From contig NC_068982.1 in NCBI RefSeq assembly GCF_001194135.2, positions 32,285,004 to 32,323,134 of the forward strand: 38,131 bases of DNA, read 5' to 3'. Made by a program: the position numbers and the translations under genes. The notes under the pieces are model-generated. The model saw nothing but the letters and a program-made list of their open reading frames with translations, did no database searches and was not told the DNA's origin. Shown piece by piece: positions 1 through 10,347 of this stretch (position 1 is the first letter of the stretch; each line of letters starts with the position of its first letter). This stretch comes from Octopus bimaculoides (lineage: Eukaryota).

Positions 1-40
<40 letters not shown>

Positions 41-44
<4 letters not shown>

Positions 45-143
45 GACGTGCTTTTTTCAGTTTCCGTCTACCAAATCCACTCACAAGGCTTTGGTGAGGT
101 GGGGGCTATAGCAGAAGACACTTGCTCAAGGTACCACGCAAGT
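41..143 (-). mobile_element. SINE family A fragment (tRNA-derived, CORE-like body)
   Basis: ttcagtttccgtctaccaaatccactcacaaggctttggt...agaagacacttgc matches the fuller copy at 25583-25980. Confidence 0.85.
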
Positions 144-592
144 GTCTCATCACATAGTCATTCCTATATATGTATGTATGTATGTAAGGTATATTCTGTA
201 AAGAACATAATACAATACAGTATAGAGCTCGTTCACCTTCAGATTTACACTGTGCTATCCAATAGTAGTATTATACGTGCATCCAGGTTTGCGTTTGCGT
301 TTGGGCGTCTGTCGTGCGTGAATAGGTAATTGAATAAATCGGAGTCAACAAGATGGGATACGGTTGGGCATTTATTTTTTAATCCCTACAATTTTTTCGA
401 CGCAACGTAGTTCTCCAGGTGTGCAGGTACTTGATTATGCAACTGTTTCCCTGTATTATGAGATCTAGTTGTGTTTCCTCAGGTGATATGTATATATTGT
501 CTCCATAATTTTAAAATCTTCGGCTTCAAGAACATCCTATCTATCTGTCGTGGCCTGAATTTAGTATATAATATGTAAATAACTCTCTCACG

Positions 593-659
<67 letters not shown>

Positions 660-972
660 TATTATTTCAAAACATGCAAAATATTTAAGTATACCAGTTC
701 ACGCATGAGTGGAAAGCCATTGGCTGGGTTGGATCAGAATATCTCAATACTCTATCCTTCTGCCATTCTACCACTGAGCCCTGGTACCCCTAACGGTCCC
801 TGTTAGCAATTTTCAGGACAAACTTAGATCATTTAAACACTTTTTTTTGACGATGGTATGGCCTACGCACACACGTACAGGCACACATACACACACATAT
901 GCATGTGTTTTCTCACATGCACGCCTGTACTTAAACATGGCACATACACTTGTGTATGAATATATTAAGATT

Positions 973-1195
973 AAGGTGGCGAGCTGGCAGAAACGTCAGC
1001 ACGCTGGGCGAAATGTTTAACCGTATTTCGTCTGCTGCTACGTTCTGAGTTCAAATTCCGCCGAGGTCGACTTTGCCTTTCATCCTTTTGAGGTCGATTA
1101 AATAAGTGCCAGTTACGTACTGGGGTCGATATAATCGACTTAATCCGTTTGTCCCCTCTGTGTGTAGCCCCTTATGGGCAGTAAAGAAATAAGAA
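973..1195 (+). mobile_element. SINE family B, near full length (tRNA-like head, Nin-like central domain)
   Basis: Head aaggtggcgagctggcagaaacg, B-box-like gagttcaaattcc, core ctttcatccttttgaggtcgattaaataagtgccag; many similar copies in the window. The Nin-domain label is from memory of that consensus. Confidence 0.9.
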
Positions 1196-1980
1196 TATAC
1201 TAAGATATATGCTTGCACTTTACTACGTATACATACGCGATATACACACGGAAATATAGCTACGTGCATGTACAGTTAATAAAGTGCGTGTATGTGTGCG
1301 CATGTTCATATAAACAAATACACAAACACACACACATACCAATGTACAGGAATGCATGCATCCAAATGAATGTTAAGATTTTTTTGAAGGGAAAATGCAA
1401 CGGAAAGGGAGAAAGTAGTAGTAGTAGTAGTAGTAATAGGATTTATCGTCATCTAAGTTAAAAGGAACGATATAACATCTAAATGCATCTTTACACAACC
1501 ACACACGCATTCATACAGACACGCATATGCATGCACGCGCAACATGCGCACGCGCGTGCACACATATTTAGTACACACACATACATACACAGATACATAG
1601 GCGTGTATATCTGTGTAAAGATCCATATATAAGCGCTCTTAAATACACATGAGCACTTAGATATGTAATAGCATGAAGCTATTTGATATCCCAATATGTT
1701 ACTTTGATGGACCTGTGATATGAAATTTCAGAGGATAATTTATTTTTTATATACTTAAGGTCAATAATTAAAGTAGAATTTAGCCTTTATGGAGATGGTG
1801 GGTTAAATTTAACCTGCAGTAAAAGTATTCACTCATTAGAGAGACTTAAAAAGGAACGCATTCAAATGTCAGTGCAAACGCAAATATATCTAGTTTTTTA
1901 GACATAACCCCGTACTTAAATTCCGAGAAATATAGCCCATATAGAACGTTAAATGAGACCTTATAGTATATCCATCATCC

Positions 1981-2150
1981 TGTTATTTTGTCCGTCTTTA
2001 CGATCTGAGTTCAAATTCCGCCGAGTTCGATTTTGCCTTTCATCCTTTTAGAGTTGATGAAGTAAATACCAGTTGAACTCTGGTGTCAATGTAATGGACT
2101 TTTCCCTTCCTCTGAACATGCTAGCCTTGTGCCAAAAATTTGAGACCATT
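1981..2150 (+). mobile_element. SINE family B, 5'-truncated and diverged
   Basis: ctgagttcaaattccgccgagttcgattttgcctttcatcc matches 973-1195. Confidence 0.85.
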
Positions 2151-2380
2151 ATAATCATAATCATTATTATTTTTATACGTTAGCTCAACTTTTCCCAAAA
2201 CCCTAATCAATGATTCCTTACTTAGTTATTTCATAAAATGCTCACAAAATATCTTTACTTCTACTGCCCTTCCCGACTGAAGGAATTACGTCAGTCGTCG
2301 ATGAGTGACCCCATTCGTCCATTTCTTTTTCCTCACCATTTTCCTCTTCGTTTCTGTGGTAGATAATTTTATTTATGCGC

Positions 2381-2682
2381 CCTTCTAAAGCTTAGCCATA
2401 CTCATGGGCCCGGTTTCCCGGTTTCTATGGCGTATGTGCCCCCCCCCCCAGCTGGACGGGACTCCAGTCCATCGCAGCGTTACTCAAGAAACAGGAAGAA
2501 AGGGTGAGAGAAAGTTGGGGCGAAAGAGTACAACAAGGGTCGGCACCACCCTCTGCCTAAGTCTCGTGGAGCTTTAGGTGTTTTCTTTCAATAAACAATC
2601 ACAACGCCCGGTCTGGGAATCGAAACCACGATCCTCCGGACTCGAGTCCGCTGCCCTAACCACTGGGCCATTGCGCGTCCAC
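2381..2682 (-). mobile_element. SINE family E (tRNA head plus V-domain-like block)
   Basis: Minus strand: A box TGGCCCAGTGG, B box GGTTTCGATTCC, then GCTGCGATGGACTGGAGTCCCGTCCAGC resembling the V-SINE domain. Confidence 0.8.
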
Positions 2683-2977
2683 TGTCGTCGCTAAACTGTT
2701 CTATAATACACGCCCTGTTTTCCCTACTTTTTCTTCTCAAACTCTCCGATCTGTCTCTGTATCCTACATTATCATCTCATCATTAAATACCCCATCTTTC
2801 GAGGGCAACGCTTGCCAACCTACAATCCTCTAGTTACCGGTTCTTCTCTTTGGGCTCAGATTACTCTTCTACATGTATTCAACAATCTCCGTTTTCTTTT
2901 TACGTTCTTCATTATCTTTCTCCTTTTCTTGACTTCATTTTTATTTTACACCCTCTTATTCTTCCTGTTTTCTCTTT

Positions 2978-3279
2978 CCTTTCGAACTTTCCTCCGCTTT
3001 CTTCTTTTAATATTTTCGCCTACACATTTCCAAGCTACTTTTTGTACCTCCTCTTTTAGCTTCTCTCTCGGTATATATAGAGTGTACACACAATAGCATC
3101 TGATTCCTCCGTAGTAACGACGAACGAAACATCTGGCTTCATTCTGAGGAAACAGTAAACTCAATTTTATTACTCTGTAACTTTGATTTCTTTATTGCTG
3201 TTGATTAATACAATCACACAACAGGGAATGTGTAGGCGAAAATATATTAAAAGAAGAAGGCGGAGAAACGTTCGAAAGG
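2978..3279. repeat. Inverted repeat, ~54-bp arms (2978-3031 / 3225-3279), ~190-bp spacer
   Basis: Manual alignment of left arm with reverse complement of right arm: about 4 mismatches plus a 2-nt indel. Confidence 0.9.
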
Positions 3280-3530
3280 AGTTACTGCGAAAACCTTATT
3301 GGACCTAAAATTGCAGGTTGTGTAATCGCTGGCGAGGCGACTATGCAATGCTTGGTCGAGTAGGAGGGCGCTCTAGCCTGCTTGGAAGCTGCGGTGGGAA
3401 TTTGGGTGAAACCGACTGCAGGGGCAATAATATCGAGCCCAGGCATTGCTGGCATTTTGCATGTGTAATGGTCAGTCATTAAAGGGCAGTCACGAGATAT
3501 GCTAATAGCATTAGCCATTTGATTTATAGG

Positions 3531-3773
3531 GATTGTTCGAGGAAGAGGTCAAAAGTAACTAGCAGCGATTTCTCTTGAAAATGGACAAAACTTAGCATCG
3601 TGGTCTTAAGTACTCGCAGTAAAGAGGGATTATCTCCCAAGGGCATTCATGCTGACATTAAGGGATGACACTGTAGCTTTATCAACAGTACAAAAAAATG
3701 GATAAGGGAGAGTCTTGAAGATGACCTAAGTTCTGGACGTTCTGCAACTGCCACCATCGAGTAAAACATTGAC
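3531..3773 (+). mobile_element. Mariner 5' fragment (decayed transposase N-terminus)
   Basis: Leader gatttctcttgaaaATGgacaaa shared with 8465-8575 and 30440-30500; remnants of KEGLSPKGIHAD and ESLEDD..SGR.ATAT helix-turn-helix region with frameshifts. Confidence 0.85.
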
Positions 3774-3914
3774 ATAAGCTGTGAATGGCCTGAAAATTGC
3801 TTTTGCTGCCGTTCAAATCCAACACCATCGACTTATTGTGTGCATCCACAAAACAATCTTCAATATCTCGCGATGAAGCATTTCTCACACGAACTGTACA
3901 GTCCTTTGCCTTAT

Positions 3915-4128
3915 TCTTTTCTACCCTAGGCACAAGGCCCGAAATTTGGGGGAAGAAGGCTAGTCGATTAGATCGACCCCAGTACGCAACTGGTACTTAA
4001 TTCATAGACCCTGAAATGATGAAAGACGAAGTCGACCTCGGCAGAATTTGAACTAAGAATGTGAAGACAGACCAAATACCGCTACGCATTTCGCCCCGCG
4101 TGCTAACGTTCCTGCCAGCTCGCCAACT
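3915..4128 (-). mobile_element. SINE family B, full length
   Basis: Reverse complement of the 973-1195 type, head ending ctgccagctcgcc. Confidence 0.9.
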
Positions 4129-5052
4129 TAGTCCACCGCCTGATTCTGACAGCCGACATGAGTTACATATATGTCGTAGTCGTGTAAAATACGTGCTAGT
4201 GCGCGCATTTCAGAAATTCTGGCCTCCCTGATAATTAACACTTGTATGGGTTGCTACAGTAAAAAGCAGCGCATCAAAATACCGACATTTTCCGAAGTAA
4301 GAATGTCACAACAAAGTATACTACACTTATTGTACCCAATGACTCGCTAGCGGTGTCAGTCCGGGCGACGGTTTATTTCATAATTACATCACGCCAATAT
4401 ATTTCTTTGTATAAATATTTAAAATGCTTAAATGACATTATTCAGATAAAAGTATAGAAAATTGAATCTTTGCACAAGCTTTCATTATCACACGAATTTT
4501 CAATATTCTATTTAAATCATTATTCGATATCATAGTGCGCTAAACTGTCTGCATCATACAGCCTTTAAAATCTGTAAATTCAAAATATTTTGCGCAGTAT
4601 TATACGATAATAAAGAATATAAGCTCTTGTTTGTTGTGAAGGAAATTACATTTAAGACGTAATAGAAATTTTGTGGATACTTTTTTCTTCGGATTTACAA
4701 ACTATAAACTATTTGAATAAATTTGGTTAAATTAATCATACATGTGTGTACGTCAGTGTGTGTGTGTGTATGTAATGTGTGTGTGTGTCTGTGTGTGCCT
4801 GTGCAAGGTTGCATTTGCAAAAGTGAGTAGTCGATGCAGCGGAAACACATGTAGGTCTTTATAATATTCTGTATGTAACTACAAAATAAATTTTGTGGAT
4901 GTATAAGTCTCTTTACTCTTTAGTTTTATTACTAATATTAAGATATAAACATGTTTGCATACATATACGCATAAATGTATATATACATATATAAGTATAC
5001 ATATATACGTACATGTATTTGCATATATATATATGTAGATATGAGAATGTGT

Positions 5053-5243
5053 GTGAAGGTACATGGTTCGGCGGTTAGTGAGTTGGGTATACAATCGAGA
5101 GGTTCTGAGTTCGATTCCCGGACCGGGCTGTGTTGTGTTCTTGAGTAAGACACTTTATTTCACGTTGTTCCCGTTCACTCAGCTGCAGAAATGAGTTGTG
5201 ACATCACTGGGACCAAGCTGTATCGGCCTTTGCCTTTCCCTCG
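5053..5243 (+). mobile_element. SINE family C, 5' part (tRNA head, CORE-like block)
   Basis: gtgaagg head, B box gagttcgattccc, gtgttcttgagtaagacactttatttcacgttg; matches 18781-19049 (minus) and 27295-27452 (minus). Confidence 0.85.
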
Positions 5244-5388
5244 GAAGCACCACCTTTAGTCGAGAAAATCGACACCAGGACTTATTCTTTGTAAGCCTAG
5301 TACTTATTCTATCGGTCTCTTTTTGCCGAACCGCTAGGTTACGAGGACGTAAACACACCAGCATCGGTTGTCACGCTATGGTGCGAGG

Positions 5389-5431
<43 letters not shown>

Positions 5432-5652
5432 TACGACGGGCTTCATTCAGTTTCCGTCTACCAAATCCACTCACAAGGCTTTGGTCGGCCTGGGACTATA
5501 ATAGAAGACACTTGCCCAAGGTGCCACGCAGTGNNNNNNNNNNNNNNNNNNNNNNNNNNNNNNNNNNNNNNNNNNNNNNNNNNNNNNNNNNNNNNNNNNN
5601 NNNNNNNNNNNNNNNNNNNNNNNNNNNNNNNNNNNNNNNNNNNNNNNNNNNN

Positions 5653-5695
<43 letters not shown>

Positions 5696-5867
5696 CATAT
5701 ATACGACGGGCTTCATTCAGTTTCCGTCTACCAAATCCACTCACAAGGCTTTGGTCGGCCTGGGACTATAATAGAAGACACTTGCCCAAGGTGCCACGCA
5801 GTGAGACTGAACCTGGGACCATGTGGTTGGTAAGCAAGCTACTTACTACACAGACACTCCTGCGCCT
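5244..5867 (-). mobile_element. SINE family A, near full length, spanning an assembly gap
   Basis: Matches 25583-25980; internal (CA)/(TA) microsatellite; part of it is artefactually duplicated across the N gap. Confidence 0.9.
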
Positions 5868-6862
5868 ATGCTGAAATAGTCACTAAATTTAGCGTTGCAA
5901 CACTACCGTATAGAGCAACTCTACATATTAAACATTTCTGGCAACTTGTACCTGCATATTGATCACTGGTAGGGATCACCGTATTTAGTTTTGCAGTTCT
6001 GGCTCTAAATTCTATCGAAAATCTGTAGAGATAAACTTAAAAATGAAAACAACGTACTGCTAACACTAGTGAATAACCCATTATCGACCTTTTAACTTTT
6101 AATATACTAGGTAGTATATTATGGTTGCAAAAGGAAATGCGCATACAAATTTTCTAGGCGTAGGATTGGCTCACGAGACAGATTCATGAGAAGATGGAAG
6201 CCTGTGGCGAGGAAGCTGGGAGTGTTTGGCACCAGGTAAGTGGAAGCCAAAAACAAGGGAAAGAAAAAGCTAGGGGTCTACCCTGGTGGTCGGATGCCTA
6301 TCCTTCAGGAAAGCCATTACAAATTGCATCTGTAATGAACAATGCTTTAATCGAACATTGTAAATATAATCAGATTATTATTGTATTTTTAAAATTGTAA
6401 ATGTTTCGATACAGCTACTTCACCCCTTTTATGTTTGTCTGTCCTTGTTCGTCTCCTCTTTGTAATGCCTTTATGGCAAATGTTTATGAAATAAAGTAGC
6501 ATGCTTNNNNNNNNNNNNNNNNNNNNNNNNNNNNNNNNNNNNNNNNNNNNNNNNNNNNNNNNNNNNNNNNNNNNNNNNNNNNNNNNNNNNNNNNNNNNNN
6601 NNNNNNNNNNNNNNNNNNNNNNNNNNNNNNNNNNNNNNNNNNNNNNNNNNNNNNNNNNNNNNNNNNNNNNNNNNNNNNNNNNNNNNNNNNNNNNNNNNNN
6701 NNNNNNNNNNNNNNNNNNNNNNNNNNNNNNNNNNNNNNNNNNNNNNNNNNNNNNNNNNNNNNNNNNNNNNNNNNNNNNNNNNNNNNNNNNNNNNNNNNNN
6801 NNNNNNNNNNNNNNNNNNNNNNNNNNNNNNNNNNNNNNNNNNNNNNNNNNNNNNNNNNNNNN

Positions 6863-6995
6863 CGGCAAAAGAGACCGATAGAATAAGTACTAGGCTTACA
6901 AAGAATGAGTCCTGGGGTCGATTAGCTCGACTAAAGAGGCGGTGCTCCAGCATGGCCACAGTCAAATGACTGAAACAAGTAAAATAGTAAAGAGA
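6863..6995 (+). mobile_element. SINE family A, 3' part
   Basis: cggcaaaagagaccgatagaataagtactaggc...gactgaaacaagtaaaa; 5' side lies in the gap. Confidence 0.9.
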
Positions 6996-7714
6996 TAGAT
7001 ATATGTGTATGTATGTGCGTGTGTGTGAATGTGTGAACGTGTGAGTGTGCCTCCGTCAGTGGGTGCGCATTCGCGTGTTTGTGTGTGCGCTCGCGTTTGT
7101 GCGCGTGTGAGTCTGTATGTGTATGTGTGTATACGTGTGTATGCATTCCTGTGTACATGAGTGTATGCGTATATGTGCGGAAACGTACGTATATGTGCAC
7201 CTGCATGTGCATATATATGTGTGCGTGTGTGTGTGGTTCAGTAAGACTGGATGATGAAAACTTGTATAGCCTCAGCTCGACCTATATTTTGTGAATGAAA
7301 TCAAGTGGACAGAAATTATGCCCAAGTCCGCTGGGTGTATTGTGGTTGCAATTCAGAAAGTACAGACTTGTCATATGCTGTGTCGTACTGATTCAACCTG
7401 AGAAACACAGTAAGGGCACACGTGACAGTGGAATGCTCAGTCACACTTTAACTCAGGATAGGGCAACAACTGAATAAATCCTCATGGTAGAAGGACGAAC
7501 ATGAAACGCCGCAATATACAGGCACGCGCACGCTACGAGCGCGCACACCATGTAACTTGCGAGCTGAAGATCTCTCAGCTGGGAGAGGGAGTAGAGCCGA
7601 GGAGGTGACTTTGTGATAGTAGAGATGTTAAAGTAAAATAGAAAAATAGAGATTGGTGTCTTACTATAGGAGATGTACTTGGTTACCCCAATGGAGGGGT
7701 TGTATGTATGTATG

Positions 7715-7924
7715 TACACGAGAGAGTGCTGAAAAGTTCCTGACTTTGAGTAAAAGAAAATACAGGAGGATCAGTTAATTATTTTATTCGACGTATTCCC
7801 CTCTCAGGTTCACACACCTAATCAGCTCTTCAGATTTGTAAGCCCTGTAAAAGAACTCGGAAGTTTGGGCCTCCAACCAGGCTTTTCTTGATACTCTTAA
7901 AGCCAAGAACTTTTTAATACGCGT
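7715..7924 (+). mobile_element. Mariner-derived MITE, copy 1
   Basis: Terminal inverted repeats (gagtgctgaaaagttcctgacttt / aaagccaagaacttttt); body shared with 19451-19639, 24785-24884, 26848-27004. Confidence 0.85.
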
Positions 7925-8331
7925 GCGTGCGTGCGTGCAGTGGTTTTACAGAAGTTTGAGATTAATTGGTAACTTGTTACACTGAAGTTCCTTTACGAAT
8001 GACCAGATTCTATGCTCGAGTAAATGTCGAGACCTTTCAACGTGGGTGTTGGACTGCGATAGGTGTAGTATGCATTGTCATCTCTCCATTTCATAATTTC
8101 TATGAACTCGATCGATACGCATAGCTGTTGTGGAAGTGGTATTACAATTGGGTGGTGCAAGACAGGTTGGCTGCTACTAACAGATGTCATGGTGTCACTT
8201 AAGTCATTAGAACGTTATCTCCAGCATGCACTGAAAGGGTTCGCTGTCTTGTGCTGCAAGGCAAGGATAAGACAGCTGTGAAGACTGAGTCATTACTCCT
8301 CAAAAGAAATTCTCCCAGTGCACTCTGCATG

Positions 8332-8575
8332 TTACAAAGTCGGGCCTAAAAGTTTATAGGCTGACTATGAAGGAGTTATGCTACCGTTGTGAAATCTCAC
8401 ATGCGTTAATTTCAACTCTTCCTATTAATAACTGCACTGTTTCTTTCCAGGTAAATTGATATTTGATTGTTCAAAGAAGACTTCAAACGTAACTAGTAAC
8501 GATTTCTCTTGAAAATGGACAAAATTCGATATCGTAGTCTTATCAAGTACCTACAGAAAATGGTTTAGATCCCAT
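8332..8575 (+). mobile_element. Mariner 5' end (TIR relic, leader, first ~20 codons MDKIRYRSLIKYLQK)
   Basis: aaaagtttataggctgacta resembles the reverse complement of the 3' TIR at 31533-31561; leader shared with 3531 and 30440. Confidence 0.75.
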
Positions 8576-8737
8576 GAACATAATTTTCACTTCGGAGTTT
8601 TGAGTGAACTGACGTTGCAAGCTGTGTTGGTACAGAAACAATTGTACTGAATCACCAAAGATGTGTGAAAGATCTTTGTCTTATTTGGATTATCTATCTA
8701 TATATATATATATATATATATGTGTGTCTTATTTGGA

Positions 8738-8789
<52 letters not shown>

Positions 8790-9446
8790 GAGAATGTATG
8801 TCTGTGTGTGTGTTTGTGTGAATCCCTAAAACTCCAGAACTACACAACCAATTTCATTCAAATTTTACACATGCCTTACTTAGGGTCCCGGTTGTGTTTT
8901 AGTCAAAAAATGTTTTTAACTTCTTGCATAGTTCGAGCCCACAGCAACATAATATCTCCTCCACTATTTCAGTATAAAAACTGAAACAATCACATTTCGA
9001 TACTGTAATTTTGGAGGGATAAATTTACATTGCATACGAAAATACAGACATATTATCACAGTACGTTATTAAACACTCACAGATCTACGCATACATACCT
9101 AACGACTGACATGCGTGAAGTGTCAATACGAAATATTATTTTCATTTCCTTTGAAACAATACACATTTACTGTTCCATTACTGATAAATAATAAAATCGA
9201 GCGAAAAGAATGGTGATAAATCAAAAGGTGGAATGGCGTCTACTCGAACCCCACACTCCAGTTAACGTCATTGAACGTTTTTAGAAAAAAAAATTTTTTG
9301 ACATGTTTTATTTTATTTTTGTCTCTTTCTCCTTGTGGTAAATATTTTTCTAACTATTTGCTTGAAAAAACATACTTTTCTTTATTTTAAACAACTCATT
9401 ATAATTACTTTTACGATATGCCTAAATAAAAACCATCGTTATAGAT

Positions 9447-9550
9447 CAGCATTTCTCAACCTTATTCGCGATTTGGCTTCCCTTGGACATTGAAAAAATT
9501 TATTTCGGCTCCCCTGTGTTGATGAAAAATTTAATCCAGCTTCCCATGTA
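9447..9550 (+). mobile_element. hAT-like MITE 5' fragment nested in the Helitron
   Basis: cagcatttctcaacct resembles Charlie-type hAT termini; no matching right end found. Confidence 0.35.
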
Positions 9551-9604
9551 TCTGAGATAGACCGGCTGGCCCATGACAAATCTGATAAAAGGTGGGGACC
9601 CGCA

Positions 9605-10024
9605 GAACTACCAGCTCACGAACTGCATCTGAAAGTTGGCGCGCCAATCATGCTGCTAAGGAATTTAGATACTCCAATAATGTGCAATGGTACGCGGATG
9701 ATTATCAAAAAATTGTGCTCCCGAGTTCTGTAAGCAACAATCTTGAATGAACCGGCCGCTAGCTAAGACATACTTATAACTACCATGTCCCTTACCCACT
9801 CCGTTACGACCTACAAGATTAAACAGATGCAATTTCCCATCAAACTCTGCTTTCCCATGACAATCAACAAGGCGCAGGGACAATCAGTGCAAGGGGTAGG
9901 TTGGAATCTGACAGAGCAATTATTCTCACATGCACAGCTGTACGTTGGCTGTCCCCATGGTCTTTCTATTTGTGCACCCGAGGGAAGGACGAAGAATGTT
10001 GTCTACCAAGAGGCACTCCAATGA
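9605..10024 (+). pseudogene. Helitron RepHel PIF1-type helicase remnant
   Basis: Translates to LPAHELHLKVGAPIMLLRNL..MCNGTRM and QFPIKLCFPMTINKAQGQS..VG..L....FSHAQLYVG, diagnostic PIF1/Helitron motifs; in-frame stops. Confidence 0.92.
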
Positions 10025-10279
10025 TAACAACGGCAACTTCAACTGCCCCAATTTCAACTCCGCAATTTTTTCATCGTCCTGCCAGCCCACGTAAGTCCAG
10101 TCTTGCTTTTCTCTCCTTACTAATTCACCATGACATTCTTTTTTTCTACCAAGATCCGTCGCCCAAACACCACTTCGTCTCCACTTCTTCCTCTTTTTTA
10201 TGTCTTCGTTTCTCTCTTCGCGTCGTTCTCTAACCGGGTGAAACTGGGCTTAACTGCTAGTATATATATATAAGATTGT

Positions 10280-10347
10280 GTAGGCACGGTTGTGTGGTTA
10301 ACAAGCTCGCTTTGCAACCACATGGTTTCGGGTTCAGTCCCACTGTA
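10280..10347 (+). mobile_element. SINE family A head only
   Basis: ggttgtgtggttaacaagctcgctttgcaaccacatggtttcgggttcagtcccactg matches the family A head. Confidence 0.8.

Larger units (their letters stand above)
8693..10260 (+). mobile_element. Non-autonomous Helitron with PIF1-helicase C-terminal remnant
   Basis: Candidate 5' A|TC at 8693 or 8741 followed by microsatellite; 3' imperfect GC hairpin (10234-10248) then CTAG|T at 10257-10261; helicase relic inside. Confidence 0.75.

Noticed and set aside
2610-2682. tRNA gene (also the other SINE heads and a relic at ~740-785)
   Set aside because: A/B boxes are present but there is no complete cloverleaf and each continues into a SINE body.
3125-3155. 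CGAAAC...CTGAGGA as a type II hammerhead
   Set aside because: Stems I and II do not pair and there is no room for stem I.
5428-5803. Identical ~105-bp repeat on both sides of the N gap (5428-5533 / 5698-5803)
   Set aside because: Perfect identity ending exactly at a contig edge indicates overlapping contig ends, not a biological duplication.
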